Shown here piece after piece: positions 56,006 to 58,797 of a stretch of 58,797 bases of DNA. A model generated the notes under the pieces. It had not been told where the DNA came from, searched no databases, and saw nothing but the letters and a program-made list of their open reading frames with translations. Origin of the DNA: a virus. Taxonomy: Duplodnaviria > Caudoviricetes. The first letter of the stretch is position 1; the number at the start of each line of letters is the position of its first letter. The stretch lies in the IMG/VR virus record IMGVR_UViG_3300018420_000021, positions 1 through 58,797 of that record. One strand, written 5' to 3'. Made by a program: the position numbers and the translations under genes.

Positions 56006-56082
56006 GAGGTTGACAAACCCGTAATAGGTGCTATACTAAGTGTATAGTTAGGAACAACGAAAACGACATAGGAGCAATAGGA

Positions 56083-57114
56083 ATGTCAGAATCAAGTTTT
56101 ATCCGTATCGCAGAAGGCACTTACCGTAACGCAGATGTTAGTGGTCAGGTGTTCCGTCTTGCAGAACAATACAAGCACACCGCTAAAGGTGGTCAAGTTA
56201 CAGTTTATAATGACAACAAGTTTCATGGTTGTCCCGACAAACTTCGCATCAAAATTACTAGCATGAAGCATTATGAGTTTGTGAGTGCAGATGCTACCGA
56301 TGCAGAAGTTGTTGAAGTAGAAGACAACGATAGCAAATCCGACGAACAACGTATTGAAGAAATCCGTGAGCGTTTTGATATCCTCACTGATATGACTAAG
56401 GCTTGTGTTAGTGGTGACATTCGTGCAATGATTGTTAGTGGCCCTCCAGGTGTTGGTAAATCTTACGGTGTCGAACAAGAAGTTGAAAAAGCTACACTGT
56501 TTGATCAGATTGCAGGTCGCCCTCTAAAGGCAGATGTTGTTAAAGGTAGCACCAGTGCTATTGGTCTCTACACCACACTCTACAAATATAGCGATGCTAA
56601 TTCTATGTTGGTGTTTGATGACTGTGACAGTGTGCTGATGGACGATGTTTGTCTAAACCTTCTGAAGGGTGCATTAGACTCTGGCAAGAAACGTAAGATT
56701 AGCTGGCTTGCAGACAGTAACCTATTGCGTCGAGAAGGCGTTCCAGACAGTTTTGAGTTCAAAGGTTCCGTGGTGTTTATCACCAACCTTAAGTTTGAGA
56801 ATGTTCGTTCTCAAAAGATGAGGGACCATTTGGATGCACTTCAATCACGTTGTCACTACCTAGACTTGACCTTGGACACGATGCGAGATAAAATGCTTCG
56901 TATCCGACAGATTGCAGGCGATGGTGCGTTGTTTGAAGGATACAATTTTAATCAAGAACAACAGGATTCAATCCTAAACTTCATGGAAAAGAATAAGAAT
57001 AATTTGCGTGAAATGAGTCTGCGTATGGCGCTCAAGATCGCAGACCTAGTAAAGAGTTTTCCTGACCGTTGGGAATCAATGGCTTTGGTTACCTGCGCTA
57101 AAGCAGGTAGCTAG
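56083..57114 (+). CDS. AAA+ ATPase (phage early)
   Basis: Walker A GPPGVGKS, Walker B LVFDDCD, FITN sensor, ALQSR arginine finger; own early promoter. Confidence 0.88.
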   Translation: MSESSFIRIAEGTYRNADVSGQVFRLAEQYKHTAKGGQVTVYNDNKFHGCPDKLRIKITSMKHYEFVSADATDAEVVEVEDNDSKSDEQRIEEIRERFDILTDMTKACVSGDIRAMIVSGPPGVGKSYGVEQEVEKATLFDQIAGRPLKADVVKGSTSAIGLYTTLYKYSDANSMLVFDDCDSVLMDDVCLNLLKGALDSGKKRKISWLADSNLLRREGVPDSFEFKGSVVFITNLKFENVRSQKMRDHLDALQSRCHYLDLTLDTMRDKMLRIRQIAGDGALFEGYNFNQEQQDSILNFMEKNKNNLREMSLRMALKIADLVKSFPDRWESMALVTCAKAGS

Positions 57115-57165
57115 AGAATGCCGGTAGTTACTCCTCCTAGCTCCTAAAAACTAGCGGCATACCTT

Positions 57166-57204
57166 TGGGCTTGTGAGTTTTCGGATTCACAAGCCCATTT
57201 TTTT
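57166..57204 (+). terminator. Intrinsic terminator
   Basis: TGGGCTTGTGAGTT-TTCG-GATTCACAAGCCCA followed by T run. Confidence 0.88.
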
Positions 57205-57240
57205 AATAGACAAAACTTATTCAGGATGCTATAGTGTGAT

Positions 57241-58422
57241 ATGATGAAAACATTCAAACACTTAGAAGATTACATACTAACTATTGCAGGCTACACAGAA
57301 AACGAAAAAGGTCGTTGGGTAGTAGGCAACTGGGCATATACTAATCAAGCTATTGTAAAGCTAGCACGATATGATGTTAGTGTATTGGATAATTTCGCAC
57401 ATCAAATCGTACAAGGTATAGGCTTTACGCCCAAGCAGGTTGATCTAGCCGCTAAGATTGTTACCAAATATCGTCGCCAACTAGCCAAGCATGCTATTAG
57501 TGTTGAACCTGTAGAACAAGGTTCTGTTACTTGTAAACTTCCGTTACGAGATATTGATTACCGACGCAGATTAAAAGTTGAGAACGAAGAACTTAAAGTA
57601 TTCTTTCCTTTTGATCAAAAGATAATTGAACATTTGAGAAGTTTTGCAAGAGACACCAGTCATGGAACAGTAGCTTGGAACCAAACAGACCGTTATTGGA
57701 AAATAGCACTCACTGACTATAACATTATGTGGGCATATAATTCTTTAGTGGCGGACTACAAGTTTGAAACCGATTCAGAGTTTGACGCTCTAATTGAGCT
57801 ATGTAATAGTTCTGAATACAATGTTCCGCATCTAACACTACGAGATAATGAGATGGTGTTTGTTAATGCACCCTCAAGTCTAACCAACTACATTGCAGAG
57901 AATGTTGGTACTGTAGACATGACCAACATCACACGACTGATAGACCTCAGTGGTGTCTGCAAGTACAATGTTGACGAAAGTTTGCTTACGGCTTGTGTTC
58001 CTGACACTGTGTCGCACGAGTTTATGCTCAATAGTTGGACTGAAGTATCCGAGTCTGATAGGCTAGTAGACATTGTGCGATACATTGAACATGTGGATCG
58101 TTTTCCTATTGCTATCTATCAAAATGCTGGCGAAAGATTGGTAGACTGGTTTAAAGATTTTACTGGGCTTGAAGTTTACAGTGAGCCTCAGCCAGACAAA
58201 CGCCGTTACATATTGGAAGTTGGAACTAAACTAAACAAAAAAACACTGGACACTTATCCCGTACTAATTACTAGTAACGGATTGATTCGTGGAGGCAGTA
58301 TACGCCAAGGTATGTTCCAACGAGCAGAAAAAACAATCTTTGTTAGCAACGGTAATGCAAGACCCAATCTTTCACGACTTGGAGTCGTACTTAAACAAGC
58401 ACTAGAGGAGCAAACTATATGA
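57241..58422 (+). CDS. Conserved hypothetical phage protein upstream of helicase
   Basis: 393 aa; T.KQ..LA.KIV.KYRRQL motif. Confidence 0.75.
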   Translation: MMKTFKHLEDYILTIAGYTENEKGRWVVGNWAYTNQAIVKLARYDVSVLDNFAHQIVQGIGFTPKQVDLAAKIVTKYRRQLAKHAISVEPVEQGSVTCKLPLRDIDYRRRLKVENEELKVFFPFDQKIIEHLRSFARDTSHGTVAWNQTDRYWKIALTDYNIMWAYNSLVADYKFETDSEFDALIELCNSSEYNVPHLTLRDNEMVFVNAPSSLTNYIAENVGTVDMTNITRLIDLSGVCKYNVDESLLTACVPDTVSHEFMLNSWTEVSESDRLVDIVRYIEHVDRFPIAIYQNAGERLVDWFKDFTGLEVYSEPQPDKRRYILEVGTKLNKKTLDTYPVLITSNGLIRGGSIRQGMFQRAEKTIFVSNGNARPNLSRLGVVLKQALEEQTI

Positions 58423-58601
58423 AATGTTATGTATGTAATAATGAACTTATATGGGGTGGAGATCACGACATAGAAATAGATGAACATGATTTATCATGGA
58501 ACGAAGGTGGACATACTATCCTAACCAACCTATCATGTAACCACTGCGATGCATACGTGGAAGTATATCACGGCAATGTCATAAAAGATGGATCCGAATG
58601 A
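58419..58601 (+). CDS. Small zinc-ribbon protein
   Basis: CYVC..ELIWGGDHD...NLSC..C. Confidence 0.75.
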   Translation: MKCYVCNNELIWGGDHDIEIDEHDLSWNEGGHTILTNLSCNHCDAYVEVYHGNVIKDGSE

Positions 58602-58797
58602 GTAGATGCATACTACATATTAAAGACGAAGTGAATGTTAAGATTGAAGGTTTAGATCTTAACATGCGTCGTCGACTCATGAACTTGTTTAAGTATGAGA
58701 TACCTGGCGCACGTTATATGCCAGCAGTACGACTAGGACGGTGGGATGGTACGGTTAGCTTCTTCCAATTGGGAGGCTCAACTTATATCAATCTACT
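58598..58797 (+). CDS. uvsW: UvsW-like SF2 helicase, N-terminal fragment (3' truncated by window)
   Basis: MSRCILHIKDEVNVKIEG...FKYEIPGARYMPAVRLGRWDG.VSFF, matching the UvsW F..PGA.FMP.Y..G.WDG motif. Confidence 0.75.
   Translation, partial: MSRCILHIKDEVNVKIEGLDLNMRRRLMNLFKYEIPGARYMPAVRLGRWDGTVSFFQLGGSTYINL

Overview
This window is a 58.8-kb, AT-rich segment of a large T4-like (probably jumbo) dsDNA phage genome. The host is most likely a marine alphaproteobacterium, inferred from the permuted alpha-type tmRNA, porin, and TTT and YhhQ transporters. Core genes recognisable by motif are the large terminase (gp17-like), gp32 SSB, UvsX, UvsY and the 5' end of a UvsW-like helicase. T4-type late promoters (TATAAATA/TAAATA) and sigma70-type early promoters occur throughout. 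There are 12 CCA-encoding tRNAs, including an Ile(UAU) with an abnormally long variable arm. Accessory cargo includes a curli-like secretion/signalling operon (csgF, csgG, two curlin-repeat proteins, FecR protein, CHASE2 adenylate cyclase). It also includes two TctA/TctC modules bracketing yhhQ, dCMP deaminase and three tandem desaturases, a Pho-box-preceded PiT-like transporter, a porin and many sugar-modifying enzymes. The most unusual items are: (1) a two-piece tmRNA whose stem-closed intervening sequence carries an RBS-led 47-codon ORF; (2) a late-promoter-driven ~125-nt multibranched RNA made of three GTGG..GAA(A/G)(A)GAC..GGYAT units upstream of a DUF3563-like gene; (3) the curli-FecR-cyclase operon; (4) a 3'-UTR hairpin displaying anti-Shine-Dalgarno motifs. 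All calls come from reading the sequence by eye; no searches or folding programs were run.
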